From NCBI RefSeq assembly GCF_004376175.1, contig NZ_SNUY01000003.1, forward strand, positions 52,224 through 84,223: a DNA stretch of 32,000 bases, read 5' to 3'. Below the pieces are notes generated by a model that saw nothing but the letters and a program-made list of their open reading frames with translations, was not told the DNA's origin and did not search any database. This document shows, in pieces, positions 9,245 to 18,148 of this stretch (its first letter is position 1; every line of letters begins with the position of its first letter). Both the position numbers and the translations under genes were made by a program. Source of the stretch: Halalkalibacterium halodurans. Lineage in GTDB: Bacteria > Bacillota > Bacilli > Bacillales > Bacillaceae_D.

Positions 9245-9618
9245 TCGTGCGTGGGGTAAGAGGAGCAACGACGGTCAAAGCAAATCAAGAGAAGGAAATC
9301 TTGGATGCAACCGAAGGGTTAATGCGTACCATCTGCGAAGAAAATGAGATCGATCCAGAGAACGTGGCGCAAGTCATTCTAACGGTGACAGAAGACTTAA
9401 CGGCAACCTTTCCAGCGAAGGCGCTACGTCGTCTTGCTGGTTGGACGCATGTTCCGGTCATGTGTGCTCAAGAGATTCCTGTACCGAATGGGCTTGAAAA
9501 ATGTATCCGTGTCATGATCACACTCAATACAACGAAGGCACAGAGTGAGATTCATCACGTATATTTAAATGAGGCGGTTAAGCTACGACCAGATTTGCAG
9601 TTGACAAAAGATTCCTAA
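9241..9618 (+). CDS. aroH: Chorismate mutase, AroH class
   Basis: MIVRGVRGATTV... and KCIRVMITLNT...HVYL..AV.LRPDL match B. subtilis AroH as remembered. 125 aa. ATGA overlap with aroB. Confidence 0.9.
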   Translation: MIVRGVRGATTVKANQEKEILDATEGLMRTICEENEIDPENVAQVILTVTEDLTATFPAKALRRLAGWTHVPVMCAQEIPVPNGLEKCIRVMITLNTTKAQSEIHHVYLNEAVKLRPDLQLTKDS

Positions 9619-9630
9619 TCACGGTAGACT
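9601..9630 (+). promoter_or_regulatory. Candidate trp promoter (overlaps the aroH stop)
   Basis: TTGACA (9601-9606), 18-nt spacer, TAGACT (9625-9630). This places +1 near 9637, just upstream of the triplet array. Confidence 0.4.
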
Positions 9631-9640
9631 TAATAGCAAG

Positions 9641-9705
9641 TAGTAAAGCTTAGTTTACCAGTTTAGTTGAGATGAGAATGAAGAGTTGAGGAGAGTCGAG
9701 CTGAG
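9641..9705 (+). promoter_or_regulatory. TRAP (trp RNA-binding attenuation protein) binding array of (G/U)AG triplets
   Basis: Triplets read off the sequence: TAG 9641, TAG 9651, TAG 9664, GAG 9669, GAG 9674, GAG 9683, GAG 9688, GAG 9693, GAG 9698, GAG 9703. From 9664 on, spacing is exactly 5 nt apart from one 9-nt step. Two further TAGs (9625, 9634) lie in or near the promoter. Confidence 0.75.
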
Positions 9706-9738
9706 GAAAGCCGATAAGTGGAACCAAGGCTAGCTCGA
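9696..9738 (+). promoter_or_regulatory. Candidate trp antiterminator helix
   Basis: TCGAGCT (9696-9702, containing the last two GAG triplets) pairs with AGCTCGA (9732-9738), and AGCC (9709-9712) pairs with GGCT (9728-9731). The 3' arm is the 5' arm of the terminator, so the two structures are mutually exclusive. Confidence 0.5.
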
Positions 9739-9798
9739 ACAAAAAAAGGAGTTGGAAAGTCGTCCTTTCCATCACCTTTGTTAGAGTTAGCCTTTTTT
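9726..9798 (+). terminator. trp leader attenuator (intrinsic terminator)
   Basis: AAGGCTAGCTC (9726-9736) pairs with GAGTTAGCCTT (9784-9794, includes G-U pairs). The helix extends through AACAAA/TTTGTT with an apical GGAAAG-tcgtc-CTTTCC hairpin. TTTT follows (9795-9798). Confidence 0.75.
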
Positions 9799-9833
9799 AG
9801 ATCACTTTTTAAAACCCTCATTTCGAATGATTC

Positions 9834-9865
9834 CTCGTTCCTTCATTCCTACAAAAAGGAGTGAG
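9834..9865 (+). promoter_or_regulatory. trpE Shine-Dalgarno-sequestering hairpin
   Basis: CTCGTTCCTT (9834-9843) can pair over 10 bp (2 G-U) with AAGGAGTGAG (9856-9865), which contains the trpE RBS. Loop is 12 nt. This is analogous to the SD-blocking hairpin described for B. subtilis trpE. Confidence 0.55.
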
Positions 9866-9871
9866 AGATCG

Positions 9872-11380
9872 ATGAACGTAACCCCTTTTTCGGCTGTTAA
9901 AGCAGCCAACCAGCAGTTTCGCACAATTCCCGTAATCGGTGAATGCTTTGCCGATGCTGTTACCCCGATTCATATTGTCCAGCAACTTGGAGACGAAGTG
10001 GCGTTTATTTTAGAAAGTAAGGACGACGAATCCCCATGGGCAAGATTTTCATTTATTGGTCTGAACCCGTTTGTGGAGTTAATAGAACAAAATGGTGTCT
10101 ATCAATCAATCAGCCGAAGCGGCTCGATTCTCGTGGAGACGGAAGACTTTAAATCGTGTCTACAACAGACGATTGACGTTTTGGATGTACAGCCATTGGA
10201 GCGGGAACTACCGTTTTACGGCGGGGCTGTTGGCTATATGGCGTATGATGCGATTGAAACAATTGAGAAAACGTTGGCAAATGCAAGAGAGAGTGAGGCG
10301 CCTCTCTATCATTTTCTTTTTTGTGAGACGCTGATTGTCTATGATCATACAGAAAAAAAGCTAGCGGTCATCTACTTAAGTACTGAGGATGGAGGATCCC
10401 TTGATACACGGTATAAATGTGCGGTCAATACCATCGAAACAGTGGTTGAAACGATTCATAAACGGCGGGACGGCGATCGGCTGTTACGTCCTGCACCGGT
10501 CCAAGATGAAGTCTCGTTTCAAGAGGTATCCTCTAACTATGAAAAAGAAGTATTTCTACGCGACGTAGAACGAATTAAGGAATATATTCGCGCAGGTGAT
10601 ATTTTTCAAGCGGTTTTATCACAGCGCTTTGAACGTGAACTATCGGTCCGTGCCCTTGACGTCTATCGCGTCCTGAGAATGATTAACCCATCTCCTTATT
10701 TGTTTTACATTAAGTTTCATGACGTAGAGGTTGTCGGCAGTTCTCCTGAGCGGCTCGTTCAAGTCCAAGATGGACATGTGGAAATCCACCCGATTGCTGG
10801 AACGAGAAAAAGAGGGGCAACACGGGAGGAGGATGAGGCATTAGCCAAGGAACTGCTAGCTGACGAAAAAGAGCGCGCCGAGCATTATATGCTTGTTGAC
10901 CTTGCACGTAACGACATTGGTCGGATTGCAGAATACGGGACGGTCAAGACGCCAACCTTGCTAGAAATCGGTAAATTTTCACACGTGATGCACATCATTT
11001 CAAAGGTGACAGGAGAGTTGAAGCAAACGCTCCATCCGCTAGATGCGCTTCGCTATGGGTTTCCAGCAGGAACTGTTTCTGGTGCACCAAAAATTCGGGC
11101 AATGGAAATTTTAAATGAATTGGAGCCTACAAAGCGAGGGATTTATGCAGGAGCGATCGCGTACTTAGGGTTTGACGGAAACATCGATTCTTGCATTGCC
11201 ATTCGCACGATGATCGTCAAAGACGGCCGTGCTTATATCCAAGCAGGTGCTGGAATTGTCGCCGATTCAGTACCCGAAAATGAGTACGAAGAGACGAGAA
11301 ACAAAGCAAAGGCGTTGCTAAAGGCGGTAGAAATGGCTGAAGCCATGTTTGCGAAAAAGGAGGCGACCCCGCGTGTTTAA
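9872..11380 (+). CDS. trpE: Anthranilate synthase component I
   Basis: Chorismate-binding C-terminal domain (GTVSGAPKIRAMEIL, GIYAGAIAYLGFDGN.DSCIAIRT). Start moved to ATG 9872 (RBS AAAGGAG 9855-9861). The ORF-track start at 9827 lies in the leader just downstream of the attenuator U-tract and has no RBS. Confidence 0.9.
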   Translation: MNVTPFSAVKAANQQFRTIPVIGECFADAVTPIHIVQQLGDEVAFILESKDDESPWARFSFIGLNPFVELIEQNGVYQSISRSGSILVETEDFKSCLQQTIDVLDVQPLERELPFYGGAVGYMAYDAIETIEKTLANARESEAPLYHFLFCETLIVYDHTEKKLAVIYLSTEDGGSLDTRYKCAVNTIETVVETIHKRRDGDRLLRPAPVQDEVSFQEVSSNYEKEVFLRDVERIKEYIRAGDIFQAVLSQRFERELSVRALDVYRVLRMINPSPYLFYIKFHDVEVVGSSPERLVQVQDGHVEIHPIAGTRKRGATREEDEALAKELLADEKERAEHYMLVDLARNDIGRIAEYGTVKTPTLLEIGKFSHVMHIISKVTGELKQTLHPLDALRYGFPAGTVSGAPKIRAMEILNELEPTKRGIYAGAIAYLGFDGNIDSCIAIRTMIVKDGRAYIQAGAGIVADSVPENEYEETRNKAKALLKAVEMAEAMFAKKEATPRV

Positions 11381-12401
11381 GGAAACGTTACGAGAATGTA
11401 TGGAGGGACATACGTTAGCTGAACGGAAAGCCGAACAAGTGATGGATGCGATCATGAAAGGGGAGGCGACGGCAAGTCAAATCGCTAGTTTATTAACCGT
11501 ATTACGCTTTCGTGGGGAGACCGTTGCGGAGATGACGGGCTTTGCGAGAGCGATGCGACGCCATTCCATCCAAATTGAACACTCGTTTTCACAAGTGGTC
11601 GATACGTGCGGAACAGGAGGAGATGACGTAGGGACATTTAATATTTCCACCGCTACGGCTCTTCTTGTCTCCGCATTAGGTGTACCAGTCGCAAAGCATG
11701 GAAATCGTGCTGTTTCATCCAAAAGCGGAAGCGCTGATGTTCTTGAAGCGTTGCAAATCCCGATCCAAAGCAGTCCAGAAGAGGCGACGGCTTCATTACA
11801 AAAGCATAACATGTGCTTCATGTTTGCTCCACTTTACCATGAGGCGATGAAACATGCGGTCGCACCAAGGAAAGAAATTGGGTTTCGTACGATCTTTAAT
11901 TTGCTCGGACCGCTTACGAACCCGGCTCGTGCAGAGCACCAGTTGATCGGTGTTTATGACCGAAACTTTGCAGAGAAAATGGCGGAAACGTTACGTCGCT
12001 TAGGAACGAAGCACTCCCTTCTAGTAGCAGGTCACGGCGGTTTGGATGAATTATCGATCACAGGGCCGTCTACTGTATTTGAGGTGAAAGGAGATGCGAT
12101 CGACCGATATGAGTTAATACCGGAAGACGTAGGGCTGGAACGTGGTGATTTGGCTCAGATCCAAGTAAGTACCGTTCAAGAAAGCGCCACGCTCATTGAT
12201 CAGGTCTTAATTGGAAAAGCAAACAAATCAGCTCAACAGATCGTATTATTGAATGCAGGTGCGGCGTTATATGCAGCCGACCGCGTCGATTCAATAAAAG
12301 CGGGAGTTGCGCTCGCGAAGGAAGGGGTTGCTTCCGGACATGTAGCCGATCATGTGCGGAACTTACGACAAACAGATCAGGAGGCGGAGCAACATGCTTG
12401 A
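11373..12401 (+). CDS. trpD: Anthranilate phosphoribosyltransferase
   Basis: DTCGTGGDDVGTFNISTA, VAKHGNRAVSSKSGSADVLEAL. GTG 11373 with an AAAGGAGG RBS. 8-nt overlap with the trpE stop. Confidence 0.9.
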   Translation: MFKETLRECMEGHTLAERKAEQVMDAIMKGEATASQIASLLTVLRFRGETVAEMTGFARAMRRHSIQIEHSFSQVVDTCGTGGDDVGTFNISTATALLVSALGVPVAKHGNRAVSSKSGSADVLEALQIPIQSSPEEATASLQKHNMCFMFAPLYHEAMKHAVAPRKEIGFRTIFNLLGPLTNPARAEHQLIGVYDRNFAEKMAETLRRLGTKHSLLVAGHGGLDELSITGPSTVFEVKGDAIDRYELIPEDVGLERGDLAQIQVSTVQESATLIDQVLIGKANKSAQQIVLLNAGAALYAADRVDSIKAGVALAKEGVASGHVADHVRNLRQTDQEAEQHA

Positions 12402-13167
12402 TACTATTTTGCAAACGAAACGAGAGGAGATCGAGCGTTTAGCATTACCAGAACAGGTTGAAGTGAAGAAGGTATCATTATATGATGCTTTGCGCAAACC
12501 GAATCGATCGCTCGGTTTACTTGCAGAGGTAAAAAAAGCCTCCCCATCAAAAGGGCTCATTCGTGCCGATTTTCATCCTGTTGAGATCGGCAAGAGCTAC
12601 GAGGCTGCTGGTGCGGACGCGATTTCCGTGTTAACAGATGAAACGTATTTCCAAGGGCATCGTGACTATTTGACAAAGGTGAAGCAAGCGGTAAACATTC
12701 CTGTGTTGCGTAAAGATTTTATTATCGATCGGGCGCAGATTTTAGAGTCGGTTCGAATCGGAGCCGATGCGATTCTATTGATTGTCGGCACCATTCCTAC
12801 GACACGGTTAAAAGAACTGTATGATGAAGCCCATGAGCTTGGGCTAGAATGCTTAGTGGAAGTCCATAGCGAGGAGGAAATCGCTGAGCTATTCTCCGCC
12901 TTTACACCAACACTGATCGGCGTCAATAATCGTAATTTAAAAACGTTTGAAACCGATGTGGCCCAAACGGAAAAAATGGCCCAAGTTATCCCTCATGGAA
13001 CGATGTTTTTAAGTGAAAGTGGGCTTCATACGTATGACGATTTGCAACGGGTCAAGCGAGCGGGAGCCACAGGTGTACTAGTAGGTGAATCGCTCATGCG
13101 GGCTTCTTCACCAGAAGAAGGGATTCAGCATTTGTTTGGAGGCGAACCAGTTGCAACCGATGCTTAA
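12394..13167 (+). CDS. trpC: Indole-3-glycerol phosphate synthase
   Basis: LAEVKKASPSKGLI, ISVLTDE.YFQG, VGESLMR. ATG 12394 with a CAGGAGG RBS, overlapping the trpD stop. Confidence 0.9.
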   Translation: MLDTILQTKREEIERLALPEQVEVKKVSLYDALRKPNRSLGLLAEVKKASPSKGLIRADFHPVEIGKSYEAAGADAISVLTDETYFQGHRDYLTKVKQAVNIPVLRKDFIIDRAQILESVRIGADAILLIVGTIPTTRLKELYDEAHELGLECLVEVHSEEEIAELFSAFTPTLIGVNNRNLKTFETDVAQTEKMAQVIPHGTMFLSESGLHTYDDLQRVKRAGATGVLVGESLMRASSPEEGIQHLFGGEPVATDA

Positions 13168-13807
13168 ATATTGCGGAAACCGGTCGCTGGAAGATGTTCA
13201 AGCAGCTGCCACTTCAAAAGCCGATTATTTAGGGTTTGTGTTTGCTAAAAGCAAGCGGCAAGTGACGGTAAATGAGGTGACACGTTGGCTTGATCAGGTC
13301 AATGTAAACGGGAAAAAGCTAGTCGCCCTATTTGTCAATGAGCCGATTGATCAAATCGTAAATGTAGTGAAGCAAGGCCCATTTGATGTGATTCAATGTC
13401 ACGGTACGGAAAACCGAGACTACATCATGACGTTAAAGGAGCGAATCGACCTCCCTGTGTGGAAGGCGATCCACCATTCAGGTCAAGGGCTGCAGATGAT
13501 GAGAGCTCTAGAAGGGGTTGTCGAAGCTTTCGTTGTTGATGCAAAGGTCGAAGGTCAGTGGGGGGGAACGGGTCAGTCATTTGACTGGCACGTAGTCCCT
13601 CTCTATTTACAAGAAGGCAAGAGACAGCAGGTTCCTGTATTTATTGCAGGGGGAATCAATCCACATAATGTGGAGCTGCTTCTTCCTTATGGACCATGTG
13701 GGATTGATATTTCAAGTGGAATCGAGGAAAATGGACAAAAGAGTTCGGCGAAAATTTGTCAAATTGAAAAGAAGGTGTTAGGCGATGACAGTCACATATC
13801 CAGATGA
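13151..13807 (+). CDS. trpF: N-(5'-phosphoribosyl)anthranilate isomerase
   Basis: [13 protein letters not shown]-terminus, [19 protein letters not shown]. Start chosen at TTG 13151 (GGAGG 13138-13142, 8-nt spacing). ATG 13160 is the alternative. Overlaps the trpC stop. Confidence 0.8.
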   Translation: MQPMLKYCGNRSLEDVQAAATSKADYLGFVFAKSKRQVTVNEVTRWLDQVNVNGKKLVALFVNEPIDQIVNVVKQGPFDVIQCHGTENRDYIMTLKERIDLPVWKAIHHSGQGLQMMRALEGVVEAFVVDAKVEGQWGGTGQSFDWHVVPLYLQEGKRQQVPVFIAGGINPHNVELLLPYGPCGIDISSGIEENGQKSSAKICQIEKKVLGDDSHISR

Positions 13808-14984
13808 GCGCGGACGGTTCGGCACGTTTGGTGGTAAATACGTGCCAGAAACATTAATGAGCGCGGTTGAAGAATTGGAATTAGCGTTAAACGATGCGAT
13901 GAACGATGAAGCGTTTATTCACAACTACAAAGAACACCTGCGGGAATATGCAGGTAGGCCAACGGCGCTTACGTATGCAAAAAATATGTCCGAAACGCTT
14001 GGCGGCGCAAAGATTTATTTGAAGCGAGAGGATCTTCTCCACACGGGGGCTCACAAGCTCAATAATGCGATGGGGCAAGCGCTTTTGGCCAAGCGAATGG
14101 GCAAGAAAAAAATTGTCGCCGAAACAGGCGCAGGTCAGCACGGAGTCGCAACGGCAACGATTGCCGCTCGCTTCGGTTTAGAGTGCAAAGTGTTCATGGG
14201 GGAAGAGGACATGGAACGGCAAGCGCTGAATGTTTTTCGCATGGAGCTACTAGGAGCGGAGGTCGTTCCTGCTACGTCCGGCAGCAAAACGCTTAAAGAT
14301 GCAACCAATGAAGCGATTCGCTATTGGGTGACCCATGCAGATGACACCTTCTATTTAATCGGTTCCGTTGTCGGCCCCCACCCATATCCACAGATGGTTC
14401 GTGACTTTCAACGGATTATTGGCGATGAAGCTAGGGTTCAGTTCCAGGAAATAACTGGCACGTTGCCGACAGAGGTGATCGCATGTGTTGGTGGTGGCAG
14501 TAATGCGATAGGAACGTTTTACCCATTTTTAGAGGATGACGTGAAGCTTATCGGCGTGGAAGCGGCGGGCAAAGGAGTCGAGACTTCTCAACATGCGGCG
14601 ACGATTACGAAAGGACGAGTAGGTGTCATTCACGGATCGATGACCTACTTGCTTCAGGATGACGCTGGGCAAATTACCGAGCCGTATTCGATTTCGGCTG
14701 GGCTTGACTATCCAGGGGTCGGACCTGAGCATGCCTATTTAGCCAGTACTGGTAGAGTCAAGTATGACGCAGTGACCGATAAAGAGGCGCTCGACGCGTT
14801 AAAGCAATTGTCAGTCCATGAGGGGATCATTCCTGCTGTTGAGTCGGCACATGCTCTAGCGAAAGCATTTGAGCGGGCCAAACAGCTTTCACAAGAGGAA
14901 TCCATTCTCGTTTGTCTTTCAGGGCGCGGAGATAAGGACGTGCATACATTAATGAAACATTTTCGAGGTGAGGGGCATGAGTAG
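13785..14984 (+). CDS. trpB: Tryptophan synthase beta chain
   Basis: [28 protein letters not shown] (PLP lysine), GGGSNAIG. 399 aa. Overlaps the trpF stop. Confidence 0.95.
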   Translation: MTVTYPDERGRFGTFGGKYVPETLMSAVEELELALNDAMNDEAFIHNYKEHLREYAGRPTALTYAKNMSETLGGAKIYLKREDLLHTGAHKLNNAMGQALLAKRMGKKKIVAETGAGQHGVATATIAARFGLECKVFMGEEDMERQALNVFRMELLGAEVVPATSGSKTLKDATNEAIRYWVTHADDTFYLIGSVVGPHPYPQMVRDFQRIIGDEARVQFQEITGTLPTEVIACVGGGSNAIGTFYPFLEDDVKLIGVEAAGKGVETSQHAATITKGRVGVIHGSMTYLLQDDAGQITEPYSISAGLDYPGVGPEHAYLASTGRVKYDAVTDKEALDALKQLSVHEGIIPAVESAHALAKAFERAKQLSQEESILVCLSGRGDKDVHTLMKHFRGEGHE

Positions 14985-15774
14985 GTTAGAGGGGGCAGTC
15001 AACGGCAAAAAGAATGTATTCATTCCATTTATTACAGCCGGTGACCCTAATCCAGAAGTGACGATTGAGTTAGCTCTCACACTTGAGGAAGCAGGAGCTG
15101 ACATATTGGAACTTGGCATCCCATATTCGGATCCATTGGCGGATGGTCCAGTCATTCAGGCTGCCTCAAAGCGGGCATTAAAACATGAAATGACATTAGA
15201 AAAAGCTCTTTCCCTCGTTCCGAAAATGAGAGCGCAAGGGTTAACCATTCCTGTGATTGTCTTCACGTACGTGAACCCACTGCTTCAATACGGTGAAGAA
15301 CAATTTGTGAAACGGGCGGCTGACTATCAAGTGGACGGTATTCTCGTTCCGGATATGCCATTTGAAGAAGGGGAGGCCTTGCAAGCAGCGTGTCAAGAGC
15401 ATAACCTGTCCCTCATTTCCCTCGTGGCGCCAACATCGAACAAACGGATTGAAAAAATCGCCGCGCGAGCACAAGGTTTCGTCTATTGCGTCTCCTCGTT
15501 AGGAGTGACCGGACTCCGGGATGAGCTTGATCCTCGCGTTCACGAGTTTTTACAAACGGTAAAGATGCACGCCTCCGTTCCGGTTGTCGTTGGCTTTGGT
15601 ATCTCAAGACGCGAGCAAGTCGAAGCATTGGCGGAAAATGCCGACGGTGTCGTCGTGGGGAGCGCGATCGTTAAGCTAGTTGGTGAGCTAGAAGACGAAC
15701 TTAACGATCCAGAAAAACGGGAAGATGGACTGTTTAAAATAAAAAGGTTTGTTTCTGAGCTCATTTCATCGTAA
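14977..15774 (+). CDS. trpA: Tryptophan synthase alpha chain
   Basis: [37 protein letters not shown] 14977 (RBS GAGGTGAGGGG) gives the usual 8-nt overlap with the trpB stop. Confidence 0.9.
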   Translation: MSRLEGAVNGKKNVFIPFITAGDPNPEVTIELALTLEEAGADILELGIPYSDPLADGPVIQAASKRALKHEMTLEKALSLVPKMRAQGLTIPVIVFTYVNPLLQYGEEQFVKRAADYQVDGILVPDMPFEEGEALQAACQEHNLSLISLVAPTSNKRIEKIAARAQGFVYCVSSLGVTGLRDELDPRVHEFLQTVKMHASVPVVVGFGISRREQVEALAENADGVVVGSAIVKLVGELEDELNDPEKREDGLFKIKRFVSELISS

Positions 15775-15814
15775 CATAGAGAGGAAGATCCTTTTACAAG
15801 GTGAGGTGCTAAAG

Positions 15815-16924
15815 TTGAAAATCAAGCCGCAAATTATCGGTTTGCCTCCATATAAGCCTGGAAAGCCGATGGAAGATGTGAAGCGAGAGCTCGGATTAGA
15901 GACTGTCGTCAAGCTCGCTTCAAATGAAAACCCGTTTGGTGCATCGCCGAAAGTAGCGGAAGCGATTCAGGAAGCGTTACATCATACGGCGATTTATCCT
16001 GATGGCTATGCGCGAACATTGCGGGATAAAGTTGCTCATTATGTAGGGGTAGCACCGGAAGAGCTTATTTTCGGAAATGGCTCCGATGAAGTCATTCAAA
16101 TTTTATGTCGTGCGTTTTTGAATGAACAAACCAATACTGTTATGGCAGAACCGACCTTTTCTCAATATAAGTTAAACGCCGTCATTGAAGGAGCAGAGCT
16201 TCGCGAAGTTCCACTAAAAGATGGTGTCCATGATTTGGATGGGATGCTTGAGGTGATCGATGAAAACACGCGGATTGTCTGGGTATGCAACCCGAACAAT
16301 CCGACCGGTACGTACGTTAGCGCTGAGGCGTTTCAGTCGTTTTTAGCCAAAGTTCCTGAGGATGTGCTCGTCGTTTCTGATGAGGCGTATGTGGAATATG
16401 TGACCGCAGATGATTATCCTGACACAGTTCCGATGATTCGTACGTACAAAAACCTAGTCGTGTTGCGCACATTTTCCAAAGTGTTCGGTCTAGCCGCTTT
16501 ACGTATCGGATATGGCGTAGCCAATCAAGCACTCATTGAAAAAATTGAACCTGTTCGCCCACCTTTTAACAACAGCACGTTTTCGCAAGTGGCAGCTGTC
16601 GCCGCTTTAGAAGACGAAGCTTTCGTTCAATCGTCGGTGGAAAAAAACAACGAAGGGATGGTGCAGCTAACCGAATGGTGCTCACGTATGGGACTTGATT
16701 ATTTCCCTTCGCAGACCAACTTTTTGCTTATTCATGTTAATCGTTCCAGTGATGACGTGTTTAATGCGATGTTGAAAAAAGGATACATTATTCGTTCTGG
16801 ACGGGCGTTAGGTTATCCAGCCTGGATTCGTATAACGATTGGCTCAAAAGAACAAAACGACGGCTGTCTCGCAGCACTAGCTGATGTTTTAGCAGAGGAA
16901 TTGACAACGCAACACCTGTCGTAA
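15815..16924 (+). CDS. hisC: Histidinol-phosphate / aromatic aminotransferase
   Basis: LPPYKPGKP..VKLASNENPFG, NPNNPTG, RTFSKVFGLAALRIGY (PLP lysine). Start set to TTG 15815 downstream of AAGGTGAGGTG, by N-terminal length analogy with B. subtilis HisC. The ORF-track ATG 15749 overlaps trpA and lacks an RBS. Confidence 0.8.
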   Translation: MKIKPQIIGLPPYKPGKPMEDVKRELGLETVVKLASNENPFGASPKVAEAIQEALHHTAIYPDGYARTLRDKVAHYVGVAPEELIFGNGSDEVIQILCRAFLNEQTNTVMAEPTFSQYKLNAVIEGAELREVPLKDGVHDLDGMLEVIDENTRIVWVCNPNNPTGTYVSAEAFQSFLAKVPEDVLVVSDEAYVEYVTADDYPDTVPMIRTYKNLVVLRTFSKVFGLAALRIGYGVANQALIEKIEPVRPPFNNSTFSQVAAVAALEDEAFVQSSVEKNNEGMVQLTEWCSRMGLDYFPSQTNFLLIHVNRSSDDVFNAMLKKGYIIRSGRALGYPAWIRITIGSKEQNDGCLAALADVLAEELTTQHLS

Positions 16925-16980
16925 GGGTAGGAAAGAAACAGTCCCCCTTCTTCGCGGCAGTTAGGCGAGATCTTTTTCCA

Positions 16981-17011
16981 AAAAGGGGAGATCTCCCTTT
17001 TTCTGTTTTTT
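16981..17011 (+). terminator. Palindromic terminator-like hairpin between hisC and tyrA
   Basis: AAAAGGGGAGATCTCCCTTTTT is a near-perfect palindrome centred on AGATCT, followed by CTGTTTTTT. It lies 57 nt after the hisC stop and 25 nt before the tyrA start. Confidence 0.5.
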
Positions 17012-17035
17012 GGGTGAGAAAGGAGAGAACGTACA

Positions 17036-18136
17036 TTGGCTCAACGTACAGTGTTCATTATTGGGCTTGGGTTGATCGGTGGTTCGATTGCCCTAGCGAT
17101 TCGAAAAGAACACGATGTCAAAATGATCGGATTTGATGTCAATGAGCATCAAGTGAAAATGGCCCTCTCTCTAGGGGTCATTGACGAAGAAGCATCAACA
17201 ATGGAAGAGGGAGCAAGCCAAGCCGATTTGATCGTGCTCGCCACACCTGTTGCTCGTACAACTAGAATTTTGCAACAATTGGCAAAGCTACCTTTGAAAG
17301 CAGATGCCATTGTCACCGATGTGGGAAGTACGAAAAAAGAAATCATGGAAGAAGCTCAGTTCCTTGAGGAGAAGAGAATTACTTTTATTGGTGGTCATCC
17401 GATGGCTGGTTCCCATAAAAGCGGAGTCGAGGCCGCGCGTGCCCATCTGTTCGAAAATGCTTTTTACATATTAACACCTTCAAAGGAGCTTACCGTAAAA
17501 CCGATCATTCAATTGCAAAATTGGTTAAAAGGGACAAAAGCGAAGTTCATTGAAATGACACCGGATCAGCATGATCGCCTCGTAGGAGCCATCAGTCATT
17601 TTCCTCATATTGTTGCGGCCAGCTTGGTTCACCAAGTAGCCAAAATCGAAAGCGAAGACCCGATGGTTTCAAGACTTGCTGCAGGTGGCTTTCGTGATAT
17701 TACAAGAATCGCTTCTGGTAGTCCGATCATGTGGCGGGACATCCTACTTCATAACAAAGATTCGCTCTTGCAATTGTTGGAAACTTGGGAGCGGGAAATG
17801 GAATTTGTTAAGCAGGTGATCGAAGAGGAGGACGAGGAGAAAATTCTTCAATATTTTCACGAAGCGAAGGTTTTTCGAGATGGTCTCCCGATTCATAAAA
17901 AGGGTGCCATCCCGTCGTTTTACGACTTGTATGTGGATGTTCCTGATCACCCAGGTGTGATCAGTGATGTGACTAGAATTTTAGCGAATGAAAAAATAAG
18001 CATTACCAACATTCGGATTCTTGAAACAAGGGAAGACATTATGGGGGTGCTTCGGTTGAGCTTCCGTTCTGAGGAAGATCGGGAACAGGCCAAACGCGTG
18101 TTGCAAGCAGAAATGTATGAAACTTATTTAATGTAA
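17036..18136 (+). CDS. tyrA: Prephenate dehydrogenase with C-terminal ACT domain
   Basis: IIGLGLIGGSIALAI Rossmann motif, GGHPMAGSHKSG, C-terminal ACT-like DVPDHPGVISDVTRILANEKISITNI. TTG start with an AAAGGAG RBS. Confidence 0.85.
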   Translation: MAQRTVFIIGLGLIGGSIALAIRKEHDVKMIGFDVNEHQVKMALSLGVIDEEASTMEEGASQADLIVLATPVARTTRILQQLAKLPLKADAIVTDVGSTKKEIMEEAQFLEEKRITFIGGHPMAGSHKSGVEAARAHLFENAFYILTPSKELTVKPIIQLQNWLKGTKAKFIEMTPDQHDRLVGAISHFPHIVAASLVHQVAKIESEDPMVSRLAAGGFRDITRIASGSPIMWRDILLHNKDSLLQLLETWEREMEFVKQVIEEEDEEKILQYFHEAKVFRDGLPIHKKGAIPSFYDLYVDVPDHPGVISDVTRILANEKISITNIRILETREDIMGVLRLSFRSEEDREQAKRVLQAEMYETYLM

Positions 18137-18148
18137 GGATGTGAGACA

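Noticed and set aside
9827-9871. N-terminal extensions suggested by the ORF track: trpE (9827), trpD (11349), trpC (12352), trpF (13085), trpA (14968), hisC (15749), ypiB (22153), ypjA (25585), ypjC (to 28937), ypjD (30511), dapB (30854), mqnA-like (3227).
   Set aside because: Internal starts have canonical GGAGG-type RBSs at 6-10 nt. They reproduce the short start/stop overlaps typical of coupled operons and match the N-termini of homologues I remember. The extensions lack RBSs and would overlap upstream genes, terminators or regulatory structures.
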